Virus record (IMG/VR): IMGVR_UViG_3300020220_003756
Coordinates: 9,531 to 73,530 of that record
Direction: 5' to 3' (one strand)
Length of the DNA: 64,000 bases
DNA from: a virus
The notes beneath the pieces were generated by a model. The model saw only the letters and a program-made list of their open reading frames with translations, did not search any database and was not told the DNA's origin. A program made the translations under genes and the position numbers. Positions 39,815-49,853 of this stretch are shown in pieces; within the stretch, counting starts at the first letter, position 1; each line of letters opens with the position of its first letter.

Positions 39815-41112
39815 TAATGAAACTGTTCCTCTTCTGTGCTGCCTTTCAATGCCTGTGTTGAAGCATTTTTTTCTATAGTAGTAGTCACTCTATCGAAATA
39901 TCCCGTACCTACTTCTCGCTGATGCTTGACTGCTTCAAATCCTCTGTCAGCGGCAGCGAACTCTTTCTCTTGTAGTTCCACAAATGCTGGCATGCCATCA
40001 CGAGCATAGCCATAAGCCATATCAAACATATGGTAGTTAAGATTATGAAACCCAGCGAGTGTAATGAACTGGAACTTATAACCCATTGCTCCAAGCTCGC
40101 GCTGGAAACGGCTAATTGCGTCTGCATCTAGATTCTTCCTCCAATTAAATGATGGTGAACAGTTGTAGGCCAACATCTTGCCGGGATAGTGTCGGTGGAT
40201 CTCTTCGGCAAACCTGCGTGCGAAATCAAGATCGGGTTTCCCTGTTTCACACCATACGAGATCTGCATAGGGGCAGTAGGCCAGTGCTCTGCTGACTGCT
40301 TGGTCGAATCCTGCTCGGGTTCTAAAGAAACCTTCCACAGTTCTTTCACCAGTAAGAAAAGGAACGTCGTTAGGATCAACATCGCTAGTGATAAGGTCAC
40401 CAGCTTCGGCATCAGTACGAGCGATAACGAGAGTAGGCACGCCCAAGACATCAGCAGCGAGACGAGCGGCAACAAGTTTATTGACTGCTTCTCTGGTTGG
40501 TACAAGGACTTTTCCTCCCATATGTCCGCATTTCTTGACTGATGCTAACTGATCTTCGAAGTGTACTCCTGCAGCACCTGCTCGGATCATGGCTTTCATC
40601 AGTTCAAAAGCATTTAACACACCACCAAAGCCTGCTTCAGCATCAGCGACTATGGGTGCGAAGAAATCTCTATCTCCCGTCTGTTCCATCCACTGTATCT
40701 GATCTGCTCTGCGGAATGTGTTGTTTATTCTATTTACTACCGCAGGCACTGAATCTGCTGGGTATAGACTCTGATCTGGATACATCTCTCCTGCTAGATT
40801 AGCATCACCTGCTACCTGCCATCCGCTTAGATATATTGCTTTGAGTCCTGCTTTGACCTGCTGTAGGGCCTGCATGCCTGTTAGAGCACCTAGTGTATTG
40901 ACATATGGCTCATCGTGCAAGAGTCGCCATAGTTTTTTGGCTTGATCGACAGCAAACTGATCTGGATAAACTCGCGAACCTTGTAGATTTACTACATCCT
41001 CTGCTGTGTAGGGTCTTTTAACCCCACTCCATCTGTCATTGGTGGCCCATTCTTTTTGTAGACGATATGCCAGCCAACTTCTATCTGCTGTCTGTGAGTG
41101 TGTTGGTTCCAT
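39814..41112 (-). CDS. aceA: Isocitrate lyase
   Basis: [34 protein letters not shown]. Confidence 0.98.
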   Translation of the reverse strand: MEPTHSQTADRSWLAYRLQKEWATNDRWSGVKRPYTAEDVVNLQGSRVYPDQFAVDQAKKLWRLLHDEPYVNTLGALTGMQALQQVKAGLKAIYLSGWQVAGDANLAGEMYPDQSLYPADSVPAVVNRINNTFRRADQIQWMEQTGDRDFFAPIVADAEAGFGGVLNAFELMKAMIRAGAAGVHFEDQLASVKKCGHMGGKVLVPTREAVNKLVAARLAADVLGVPTLVIARTDAEAGDLITSDVDPNDVPFLTGERTVEGFFRTRAGFDQAVSRALAYCPYADLVWCETGKPDLDFARRFAEEIHRHYPGKMLAYNCSPSFNWRKNLDADAISRFQRELGAMGYKFQFITLAGFHNLNYHMFDMAYGYARDGMPAFVELQEKEFAAADRGFEAVKHQREVGTGYFDRVTTTIEKNASTQALKGSTEEEQFH

Positions 41113-41160
41113 TTTGCTTCTCCTAATTTGTGTCCAGTATTTATGGCAGAGCAGCAGAGG

Positions 41161-41189
41161 TTGACAAAATCATTAACTGAGCATATAAT
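41161..41189 (+). promoter_or_regulatory. Consensus sigma70 promoter, probably leaderless transcript
   Basis: TTGACA-17-TATAAT, 6 nt before ATG 41196, no SD. Confidence 0.8.
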
Positions 41190-41195
41190 AACAAT

Positions 41196-41924
41196 ATGAA
41201 AAAAAGCATCGCAGCTCTGTCCATTTTAATTGCTTGTCAGAGTTGGGCACAACAATGGCACATCGAAGAATCATGGAAATCTGCTGTTGTGCATGTACCA
41301 GGAAAATGGTTTTCTTCTAAATTGGAAAATGTAGAAGTAGAAAATCCCATGCCTGTGGTTATATACTTGCATGGATGCTCTGGCATTTCTCAGACAGATC
41401 AAAGTTGGGCTCGAACATTAAAGGGCATGGGCTTCGTGGTGGTCATGCCCGATTCTTTAGCCATACCCGGTCGGCAAAGCAATTGCGATACTGTTAATAA
41501 AAAAACTAATCTAGGCAAAGTGAATGCTACAGAACTCCGTAGCCGAGAAGTCGAATACGCACTAAAACAAATAAGACTCAAACCTTGGGCGGATCAAAGA
41601 AGAATCTTTATTATGGGACACAGCGAAGGCGCAGTAGGGGTTACGAGAGTCAACGACGAATTAATCAAAGGCATAGTGATATCAGGTTTCCCTTGTGTGC
41701 ATGGCCTTTGGGCAGATAAAAATATTCCAGTTCTGGCGATAGGTTGGAGTGAGGATCCCTGGTTCGGTAATAGATATAATCATCGACAGTGTATCGATCA
41801 TTGGGGTGATCGATCAGATGCTACACAGATAGTTCTAGAAGGTAGAGGGCACGGAACTGCTGAAGAATCCAGGGCTATAGAAGGTGTCAAAAGTTTTTTT
41901 AAAAGGTTAATCAGTGAAAAATAA
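41196..41924 (+). CDS. Secreted alpha/beta hydrolase (dienelactone hydrolase-like)
   Basis: Signal peptide, LHGCSG, GHSEG nucleophile elbow, D and H downstream. Confidence 0.85.
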   Translation: MKKSIAALSILIACQSWAQQWHIEESWKSAVVHVPGKWFSSKLENVEVENPMPVVIYLHGCSGISQTDQSWARTLKGMGFVVVMPDSLAIPGRQSNCDTVNKKTNLGKVNATELRSREVEYALKQIRLKPWADQRRIFIMGHSEGAVGVTRVNDELIKGIVISGFPCVHGLWADKNIPVLAIGWSEDPWFGNRYNHRQCIDHWGDRSDATQIVLEGRGHGTAEESRAIEGVKSFFKRLISEK

Positions 41925-42504
41925 AGTTATTTTAACAGACGCAGACGGTGTAATTTTGGATTGGGAGTACGCCTTTGATATTTGGATGCAAGAACACGGT
42001 TTCCAAAAGCAAGACGGTGGACAGTTCATCTACAATATCGGTCGTCGATACGGCATCGATATGGAGCAGGGCAAGAAGCTGATTAAAATCTTTAACGAAT
42101 CGGCATCTGTTGGATTCCTTCCTGCACTACGAGATTCGATGTATTATGTAAAACGACTGCACGAAGAGCAAGGTTATGTGTTCCACTGCATCACTAGCCT
42201 TAGCAAAAACGAAAACGCTCAAAAACTTCGCACGATGAATCTGCAGAAGCTGTTTGGCAAGACAGCCTTTGCACACTACATCTTCCTAGATACGGGTGAG
42301 GACAAAGACGGTGTCCTGCAGGATTACAAAGATTCTGGACTTTGGTGGATTGAGGACAAGATCACTAATGCAGAAACAGGATTGAATTTAGGATTGAAAC
42401 CTTTGCTCATGGAACACGGGCATAATATGGATTACGATAACCCATTGATTCCTAGAGTAAAAAATTGGAAAGATATCTACGAAAGAATCGTAGACAGTGT
42501 TTAA
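41914..42504 (+). CDS. HAD-family phosphatase (T4 gp30.2-like)
   Basis: ILTDADGV, WIEDK. Confidence 0.8.
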   Translation: MKNKVILTDADGVILDWEYAFDIWMQEHGFQKQDGGQFIYNIGRRYGIDMEQGKKLIKIFNESASVGFLPALRDSMYYVKRLHEEQGYVFHCITSLSKNENAQKLRTMNLQKLFGKTAFAHYIFLDTGEDKDGVLQDYKDSGLWWIEDKITNAETGLNLGLKPLLMEHGHNMDYDNPLIPRVKNWKDIYERIVDSV

Positions 42505-42607
42505 AGTTTTAAACTTTATACTTTTGTGCTTAGTGGTTTTTGGAATGTGCCTGCTGATCATTCCGATTATTGGAATAGTGTTCGGCTTAATAAAAAGCTC
42601 ACTTTAG
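42497..42607 (+). CDS. 36-aa hydrophobic peptide
   Basis: GTG start overlapping previous stop; single TM. Confidence 0.4.
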   Translation: MFKVLNFILLCLVVFGMCLLIIPIIGIVFGLIKSSL

Positions 42608-42692
42608 GATGCCATTCCGGGGCACGACTCCCATAACATCCACGCCAGCAGCCGGCGACACCTATGTAACGATAACGTCCTAAGGTAGGTGT
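42603..42692 (-). ncRNA. Candidate compact structured RNA
   Basis: Stems ACACCTA/TAGGTGT, CGCC/GGCG, GGATGTTAT/ATGGCATCC, plus TTAGGA/TCCTAA long-range pairing. Confidence 0.5.
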
Positions 42693-43129
42693 TAGTTGCA
42701 CCAACTTTGTTTTGCATCACCGTAGTATTCACGGGCTAGTCCGTTGGCGATCAAACCTTGGCGCACACTCTGTCCATTGACCGTGATGTCACCTAGCACT
42801 CGTCCACCGAACTTGTCCCAACCGTATAAGGTGACCTGTATCTTACCTCCCTGTTGTATCAGCTGTGTGGTCCACTTGCTGGCCATCTGTGCTCGCTGGT
42901 CCTCCTGCGGGCACTGGGCACGGTGTCCTTTCTCTGGGGTATCCACACCAAAAATCCTGACAGCCAGTTCTGGCTTTAGGGGTGCTGGTAGGAAGGGTGC
43001 GGCAATCACGATGGTGTCGCCGTCTGATACTCTAATGACCTGCGCATCGTAGGTCGCAGAGTTCTTGGGCATCTTCTGCGCCAGGGCGATCATTGGTACT
43101 GCCAGTAATAATAGTAGTAGTTTTTTCAT
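42692..43129 (-). CDS. Secreted thermonuclease (SNase family)
   Basis: Signal peptide, VSDGDTI, RIFGVDTPE, DKFGGRVLG. Confidence 0.9.
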   Translation of the reverse strand: MKKLLLLLLAVPMIALAQKMPKNSATYDAQVIRVSDGDTIVIAAPFLPAPLKPELAVRIFGVDTPEKGHRAQCPQEDQRAQMASKWTTQLIQQGGKIQVTLYGWDKFGGRVLGDITVNGQSVRQGLIANGLAREYYGDAKQSWCN

Positions 43130-43144
43130 GATATTTCCTTTTTG

Positions 43145-43743
43145 TTATTTATTCTTAGTCCAGAAGCCCAGGCGTTCTCCAGCAGGGCTGGCATACCACG
43201 AATATCCCTGGGGATTCGCGAGACTGTCCCCTCGCCAGACGGGTATTATTTCGTCCGATCCATGATTCGCGAAATCATCGTTCCAGCGCAGATGCACTTC
43301 TATGGCTTTGGTACCTATGTATTCTACATTGACCCAGGCTGCCTGTGTTTCTAGTCCTTTTAGAAAACTCGGAAACGGTAATCTATCTGATACCTTAGAC
43401 CAGCGGCTGAACCTATCTAGCCTGTCGGGATCGTTCCGGAATCCCTCCACGGTGAGTTCCTGCTGTCCCCAGTGATAGTCTACAGAGATGTGCCTGCCCA
43501 CAAGCACTTCGCTCCAGAAATATCCGTCTGGTACTACTCCATCGTCACCTCGATGCATGAACATTTTTTGGGCGCCTCGGCTCATCATCCTTATATTAGT
43601 GATGGGACGCACGATATAATAACCGTCTCGGGGTACAGGTATACCTGCGGGAGCAGCCATTATGTCCTGCTTACGGGCTACGATCAGTTTGTCGTAGATC
43701 CAAAGCCAATCGCGAGGACAGCGATTCCACACGTCTCTGTCAC
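43145..43743 (-). CDS. Phage hypothetical protein (ATP-grasp-like suspected)
   Basis: WIYDKL, YIVRP, HISVDY, NVEYIG..IEVHLR; start placed at GTG overlapping upstream stop. Confidence 0.65.
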
Positions 43744-44393
43744 TGACCTGATCCACGGTCTGTTTCTTTGAACTGATAGAACCAATTGGTATCACCGCCC
43801 GTGCTCCATTTGCTGACGTTCTCCACTGACCATATATCTGCGGGGATCTTGAAATCTGGTGTTTTCAGTTCATTGGGCACGAGACTGACATCATACCATA
43901 GGCAGCGATTGTTGGGTTGGCAGGCAAACTGTCCATTGTCTAGTTTGATAAAATTATAGCTCTTGTGTTCCTGCGCTCCTTCCGTGAATGTGACATCCAG
44001 CCTGTTGTGGTCGGGCGCAGCGAAGTCTATGGTGAACAGATAGTTGCCCAGATGAAACTTGCGATCCTTGCCATAATATTTGACCTTGAGTCCACGGAGA
44101 TTTGATTTCTCTATGACTGCCATATCGTAGCCTAGGCAGTCCCAGATCTGGAGATTATCCAAGGGCAAATATTCAGACACGGGCTTCCACACGAACGCTG
44201 AGATGGGCAGTTTGTCGTAGAGCGCACCGTAGTCTGTGAGCATACATTCTATGCGGAAGGCCTGTCCTTTGATCGCTTTGGCTGTGATCCAGAAGCAGGG
44301 TTCTAGTTCACCCTGTCGCCTTTCCTGATTGTAAAGGAACTCCGCACGGACGAAACACTTCACGGGAGGTATGTTGGCTACTAGGAAAGTCAT
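43740..44393 (-). CDS. Conserved phage hypothetical protein
   Basis: FLVANIPP, YGALYDKLPISAF, QPNNR. Confidence 0.75.
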   Translation of the reverse strand: MTFLVANIPPVKCFVRAEFLYNQERRQGELEPCFWITAKAIKGQAFRIECMLTDYGALYDKLPISAFVWKPVSEYLPLDNLQIWDCLGYDMAVIEKSNLRGLKVKYYGKDRKFHLGNYLFTIDFAAPDHNRLDVTFTEGAQEHKSYNFIKLDNGQFACQPNNRCLWYDVSLVPNELKTPDFKIPADIWSVENVSKWSTGGDTNWFYQFKETDRGSGQ

Positions 44394-44566
44394 TACAACC
44401 TACCTATTTCGACTCTTTCTTCAGTTTCAGCACAATTAGGACAACTGCATTCTGTACAGTCACAGTCGTCAGTCATGCAACTGTTTCCGCAGTGTTGGGT
44501 ACAGCCGCATCGACATTTTGCTTGCAATTTGAAATATGCTTCGTTGTCGTCTATGAAGTTTTCCAT
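44393..44566 (-). CDS. Cys-rich metallothionein-like peptide (57 aa, not in ORF track)
   Basis: KCRCGCTQHCGNSCMTDDCDCTECSCPNC; AGGAG SD; TAATG coupling to next gene. Confidence 0.75.
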   Translation of the reverse strand: MENFIDDNEAYFKLQAKCRCGCTQHCGNSCMTDDCDCTECSCPNCAETEERVEIGRL

Positions 44567-44608
44567 AATTTATCGCTCCTTCAATTCTAATCCCTGCAAA
44601 CTTTCTCA

Positions 44609-46720
44609 TCATGCGTGTTCCTGCCAAGTTACAGTTCCTGTGGCTTGACCGTCGGCCACAGAGCTTATAGCGGCCAAACACCATATATCTGACACGCCAG
44701 CTAATGTTCTACCTAATTGTTGACTAAAATCAATTTCGTTGCCCATGGATAGACTGCCACCTCTAGTTGGGCCTATAAACATACCCTGATCTATCACAGT
44801 GCCCCCAGTAAGTGCAGTGGCTGATAAGTCATATTCGACTGAACTATCTGCTCCTGCTGACTGGAAACTTGCTCCAGTTAAAGTAGGATTTAGAATAATT
44901 CTATATGAATAATTTGCATCATTCAGTCCAAGCACTTCAAATTTAGCTGGAACTACAACTGCATCTAAAAACTGACTTTTTAATCTAATATTTATTAACG
45001 GTCGGTAAATTGAATCGCTTAGATTTTTTCCAGACAAACTATTTCCTATGGATCTAGGTATACTGCGATTTACGTATCCGCCCTCAGAAATAACCGTGCT
45101 ACAAATAACCTGCATAGCAGTGTACTCTGATACTTCTCTTTCCGATTCGTCAACTAACAGTTCATATCTTACAGGCAAGGTAGCAGTGGTCATGTAAACC
45201 AAAGCTAGATTTCCAGCATGATGGAATGTATGACATACTATGAAGTTACCGTCGATTACAAAACCAGTTCTAACTGATCCAACTCCTAGCCATTCTAAAT
45301 CGCACCACCATATCTGTGCTTTAGTTACGTTTAGTGTTTTTCCGCTGGCACCTGTGCCATCAAGCTTGTCTCCATTCCAGCTACTTTGCGGAATTTTCTC
45401 TGTGCTGTCGTCTACAGAGCCTGTTGTGTACTTACGTATGACTATGTTCTTTATGGTGTCATTAGTTTCAAAATACACTCCGTTCTCTGTGCCAAAGAAT
45501 CCAACACGTTGCGTTACACCTATTGTTGGATTGTTCATTACAAAGGATGCCATTACCAAAAGACTTTTACCTGGTTGGTAACTGAACACCCTCTTGCTTT
45601 CTCTGACACAGGTTCCACCGGCACTTGTGGACATGGTGATTGTGCTAGTAAATGCATCAAATGTGATCGAACCAGAGGATGTAGTTGATTCACTCCATTT
45701 TAGAGGATCATCTCTATATCTCAGAGCACCATCAAACAAGGTGTAAGGATCGCTAACACGAAGCCGGGCTACAGCATCTAGGTTAGTGCCAGTGATAGTG
45801 GTTTCCGTAGTGCCCGTTATAGGTAGAGGATTAATGCTTGATACTGTTTGCCCATCTAAAGTTAAGGAAACTTGTCCTATAATGCTAAGACTACTTTCGC
45901 CGCAGTTCTGTATCTCTAAACAGGTATTAGTGATGTTTACATCTAATGTAGTGTCTACGCAGTTCTGCACTCCTATACAGGTGTTGCGGAGATCTACGGG
46001 GAATGGATTTTCTACAGTGACCGCCACACCTTCAACGGTGATATTTCCAGAAACACTTAACACCCCATCTGTGCCGCAATTCGTCACAGGTATACAGGTG
46101 CCTTCTGGAAAGGCTACTATCAACGGATTCAAATCTGACACTGGCAGACCTTCTAGGCCAGTTTCTATCTTTACTATTCCTACTACGCTGAGACTGCCTT
46201 CTCCACAGTTTTGTATAGATATACAGTCGTCGCCTAGAGTCACTGGTAAAGGATTGTTGTTCGCCACAGGCAATTCGTTGATAAGGATTATAGAATTAGC
46301 ATTGGTGTTTAACCTGGTACCGTCGCAGTTCATGACCTTGAGGCAGGTGTCTGTGATGTCTACTGGTATGGGATTGCCCGTGGCCAGCGGTAGTCCTCCT
46401 ACCAGCAATCCCACGTTGCCGCTAATCACCCAGGGGCTTGTGCCCTGATAGACCGTGCCCTGTATGGCCAGCGTGTTGCCGGAATCCGTCTTCACACTGA
46501 CTTCTGGCATCGAGTTGATATCTACAGGTGGCATTGAAACAACATTAATATTAGTATCAATATTGATATCACCTTGTACAATGATATTACCTTGGAAGTT
46601 AGAAATTACCCTCAGCGCAGGTTCGCCCGTGCTCAGGTAATCCATAGCGGTATGGAGGTCTGAAACATTGGGCTCCCAACTGTGTTGGTAGTTGGTTGAA
46701 TTGGGATTCATTATTCCCAT
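44609..46720 (-). CDS. Large virion structural protein with internal repeats and lectin-like C-terminus
   Basis: NP[LIF]P repeats; YQPGKS, QRVGFF, LEWLGVGSVRTGF C-terminal domain. Confidence 0.7.
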   Translation of the reverse strand: MGIMNPNSTNYQHSWEPNVSDLHTAMDYLSTGEPALRVISNFQGNIIVQGDINIDTNINVVSMPPVDINSMPEVSVKTDSGNTLAIQGTVYQGTSPWVISGNVGLLVGGLPLATGNPIPVDITDTCLKVMNCDGTRLNTNANSIILINELPVANNNPLPVTLGDDCISIQNCGEGSLSVVGIVKIETGLEGLPVSDLNPLIVAFPEGTCIPVTNCGTDGVLSVSGNITVEGVAVTVENPFPVDLRNTCIGVQNCVDTTLDVNITNTCLEIQNCGESSLSIIGQVSLTLDGQTVSSINPLPITGTTETTITGTNLDAVARLRVSDPYTLFDGALRYRDDPLKWSESTTSSGSITFDAFTSTITMSTSAGGTCVRESKRVFSYQPGKSLLVMASFVMNNPTIGVTQRVGFFGTENGVYFETNDTIKNIVIRKYTTGSVDDSTEKIPQSSWNGDKLDGTGASGKTLNVTKAQIWWCDLEWLGVGSVRTGFVIDGNFIVCHTFHHAGNLALVYMTTATLPVRYELLVDESEREVSEYTAMQVICSTVISEGGYVNRSIPRSIGNSLSGKNLSDSIYRPLINIRLKSQFLDAVVVPAKFEVLGLNDANYSYRIILNPTLTGASFQSAGADSSVEYDLSATALTGGTVIDQGMFIGPTRGGSLSMGNEIDFSQQLGRTLAGVSDIWCLAAISSVADGQATGTVTWQEHA

Positions 46721-46723
46721 TGA

Positions 46724-47146
46724 TTAACTCCAGGGTCTACCGTTGACTGCTCCGCCCGGGTTGGGATTATCTACCACCGAGTTACCTACATATTTGGTTG
46801 GTAGATCTGTAAGGGTATAGGTGCTTCTTGGATTACCGTCTGCTGCTCTAGTAGCCGCGGCAATTTCTAATTTTTGTATCTGTCTATCTTCTTTGGTACC
46901 TACTTGATTTGGAGTGCAAAGCACAGTGTCTCCATCTACTATGCCTAGAGTAGTCAGTGAGGTACTGCTGTCTCCATATACAGTATCATTTATTGCAGGG
47001 TTATTTAATAAACTGATTTTGTAATAGTCAGTGGGTAGCCCTTCATCGGCAGCGATAGCGATAATCAATTGATCTATGGTGATCGTCAATGCCACTGTGA
47101 CATCACGTTTTCTGCTGGTAAGCCCTATATAGTATATTGTGGCCAT
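46724..47146 (-). CDS. Protein with N-terminal ubiquitin-like (beta-grasp) domain
   Basis: Ungapped manual alignment to ubiquitin residues 1-45 gives 11 identities including LT, TI and EG.P.D. Confidence 0.65.
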   Translation of the reverse strand: MATIYYIGLTSRKRDVTVALTITIDQLIIAIAADEGLPTDYYKISLLNNPAINDTVYGDSSTSLTTLGIVDGDTVLCTPNQVGTKEDRQIQKLEIAAATRAADGNPRSTYTLTDLPTKYVGNSVVDNPNPGGAVNGRPWS

Positions 47147-47436
47147 TAAATACTCCCATGAATTCTTATGCTGTTGCCTCTGATATCATCAACATGTTTG
47201 GGTTTGTTTGGACCGCCGCCTGCGGCTGTGGTCACTGCTTCAATGCTGGCATATTCTTCTTTGGGAGTATTGGAGTATTCTGTCTCTTCTCTATTGTCGT
47301 TTAGATCTACGATCTGGCGGAATCTACGCATGTCATCATCATAGAACTGTTCAGCAGGCACGGGTTCATCAGCTCGAACTTGATCTTTGCCGTCGATGAT
47401 ATCTAAGATACCTCGTATAAGTTCTGATATCCTCAT
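47146..47436 (-). CDS. Hypothetical protein
   Basis: 96 aa, starts MRISELI. Confidence 0.7.
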   Translation of the reverse strand: MRISELIRGILDIIDGKDQVRADEPVPAEQFYDDDMRRFRQIVDLNDNREETEYSNTPKEEYASIEAVTTAAGGGPNKPKHVDDIRGNSIRIHGSI

Positions 47437-47747
47437 TGTATGCCGCCTAGTTGTTTGATACGTGCTAATTCATCAACTTCTGCGGTTTCAGCATACTTGT
47501 TGGCTTTCATATAATCACGTGCAGTATCTAGATAGTCCATGGCTTTGACGATCTTGGCCTGTACCCATTCTGGCAAGTTTTCGTCCGCATGGATGATACT
47601 GTATAATTCTTTAGCAGCATCGTTGATAGTTCTTAAATCGTCTTTGGCCATATCACCTTCACGATCGTATTCGCCTTTGTTGTACTCTGCATCAGGATCT
47701 ACTGGACCGTGATCTTCGTTGGTTTCGCTGTTTACAATATTTGACAT
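47433..47747 (-). CDS. Hypothetical acidic protein, possibly head-associated
   Basis: EGDMAK, LPEWVQAKI, ELARIKQLGG; TAAATA at 47772-47767. Confidence 0.7.
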   Translation of the reverse strand: MSNIVNSETNEDHGPVDPDAEYNKGEYDREGDMAKDDLRTINDAAKELYSIIHADENLPEWVQAKIVKAMDYLDTARDYMKANKYAETAEVDELARIKQLGGIQ

Positions 47748-47791
47748 GGTATTATCCTCGGTCTAATATTTATCGGGTTAAATAACTTTGT

Positions 47792-49000
47792 ATGATAAAC
47801 AAAGAGCCCTTCAAACACCTAATACGTGACTTAAAAGATTCAGGAAAATACAGAGTTTTCAACGACATTTTGCGTGAAAACGGTAAATTCCCCAGCGCCA
47901 TATGGTATGGCCCTTATGCTATCAAGAATATCGTAAACTGGTGCTCTAACGATTATCTGGGTATGGGGCAGCACAAGGTAGTTATAGATGCTATGAAAAC
48001 TGCTTTAGAAATGACTGGCGCAGGTTCTGGGGGTACTAGGAACATAGGCGGTACCAGCCATTATCATGTGGCCTTAGAGCACGAACTGGCCCAACTGCAT
48101 AATAAAACCGGAGCATTGCTGTTTAGTTCGGCGTATGTGGCCAATGAATGGTCCATGATAGCCCTGAGCAAGATAGTGCCAAATATTCAGTTTATATCTG
48201 ACAGTAACAATCACAATAGCCTTATCGTTGGCATACAACATAGTCGGGCACCTAAACAGATATTCCATCATAATGATATGCAGGATTTAGAAGATAAACT
48301 AGCAGCATCTAGGCTAGCGGGATTTAATCCCTGTGTGGTTTTTGAATCGATATATTCCATGGATGGAGATGTTTCACCTATTAGAGAAATCTGCGATCTA
48401 GCAGACAAATATCAGGCCATAACTTACATAGATGAAGTTCACGCTGTGGGCATGTATGGCGACCACGGAGCCGGCAAAGTAGAAGAACTAGGTTTAGAAG
48501 ATCGCATTGATTTTGTCAACGGTACATTGGGCAAAGCATTCGGTGTCCAAGGTGGATATATCGCTGCTGACAAAGACATAATCGATACCATAAGATCAGT
48601 TGCCGCTGGGTTTATATTCACTACCAGTATAAGTCCTGTACTCTGTGCAGGAGCATTGGCCAGTGTGCGTTTCCTCAAAGAACACGATGAGGTGAGAAAA
48701 AAGCATCAAGAACGAGCGAGAAAATTAAAGACTCGCTTATCGGAAAATGGAATCCATGTTATGGAATGTTCTACCACACATATCGTTCCTGTTTTAGTGG
48801 GTGAAGCAAAGAAGTGTAAACAGATCAGCGATGATCTATTAAATCAATATAATATATATGTACAGCCGATTAATTATCCTACTGTTGACGTTGGGACTGA
48901 ACGGTTGCGCTTTAGTCCTACTCCATTCCATGACGAGGCAATGATAGAGGACTTGATCACTGCGCTCAAAGACGTGTTCAGTAAAAACGATTTAACTTAA
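47792..49000 (+). CDS. hemA: 5-aminolevulinate synthase (Shemin/C4 pathway)
   Basis: [52 protein letters not shown]. Confidence 0.93.
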   Translation: MINKEPFKHLIRDLKDSGKYRVFNDILRENGKFPSAIWYGPYAIKNIVNWCSNDYLGMGQHKVVIDAMKTALEMTGAGSGGTRNIGGTSHYHVALEHELAQLHNKTGALLFSSAYVANEWSMIALSKIVPNIQFISDSNNHNSLIVGIQHSRAPKQIFHHNDMQDLEDKLAASRLAGFNPCVVFESIYSMDGDVSPIREICDLADKYQAITYIDEVHAVGMYGDHGAGKVEELGLEDRIDFVNGTLGKAFGVQGGYIAADKDIIDTIRSVAAGFIFTTSISPVLCAGALASVRFLKEHDEVRKKHQERARKLKTRLSENGIHVMECSTTHIVPVLVGEAKKCKQISDDLLNQYNIYVQPINYPTVDVGTERLRFSPTPFHDEAMIEDLITALKDVFSKNDLT

Positions 49001-49853
49001 GATATTCCCAATAAAGATCTATACCCTGCCAAGGTTCTAGAAATGTATCTACATCTACGCCTGCTGACTGTAATTTAGAAATGTCTGCCCTAGTATCTGT
49101 TTGATATTGCAGTTTTAGATCATCGGGCATAGGTATAAATTGTTTGTTACCTTGTCCTTTACATTTTAAAACTATGTTTGCCACCTTATCAAAGTCAACG
49201 CTTTCTCCTGTGCCTAGATCGTATGTTCCGGGTTGGTAATTTTGTATGAAATGGTAAATTGTTTTACAAACATCTTCTACCCAAACAAAGTCTCTACGAT
49301 ACTGGTCGCTTCTTTCGAATATTCGTAATGTGTTAGACTGCTCTATTTGATCAAACCAATGCATGATAGTCGATGCCATACGACCTTTATGATATTCATT
49401 AGGTCCGTAAACATTGAACAATCTTAATGTTACTGCAGAAATTTCATTTTCGCTTACGGATTTACTAAAAGCATATTGATTAAGCGGTCCTTGGCCGTTG
49501 CCGTAAACTGCTGCTGAACTGGCGAAGATGAATGGAATATTATTTGTAGCACAGAATTCATTCCATATGCGTGTGCTCTGTACATTAGTCTTGTAAATTT
49601 TTAACCAATCGGTTTCTAATGTGTTAGAATTGGCTCCAAGATGTATTACACAATCTATATCCTTGGGATTGAGATTTACTTTTTCGTAAACACTATGAGG
49701 ATAGATACTGCGAAACTTTTTATTAATTAAATTCCTAAATTGCAGTGGTTCTGATAGATCATCAAATAGAATTATATCAGTAATCTTTAGTTTATTCAGA
49801 TATCCCAACATCACGGATCCTATGAACCCGCCGGCTCCAGTTAATATTATCAT
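48978..49853 (-). CDS. hldD: ADP-L-glycero-D-manno-heptose 6-epimerase-like SDR
   Basis: [46 protein letters not shown]. Confidence 0.88.
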   Translation of the reverse strand: MIILTGAGGFIGSVMLGYLNKLKITDIILFDDLSEPLQFRNLINKKFRSIYPHSVYEKVNLNPKDIDCVIHLGANSNTLETDWLKIYKTNVQSTRIWNEFCATNNIPFIFASSAAVYGNGQGPLNQYAFSKSVSENEISAVTLRLFNVYGPNEYHKGRMASTIMHWFDQIEQSNTLRIFERSDQYRRDFVWVEDVCKTIYHFIQNYQPGTYDLGTGESVDFDKVANIVLKCKGQGNKQFIPMPDDLKLQYQTDTRADISKLQSAGVDVDTFLEPWQGIDLYWEYLKLNRFY

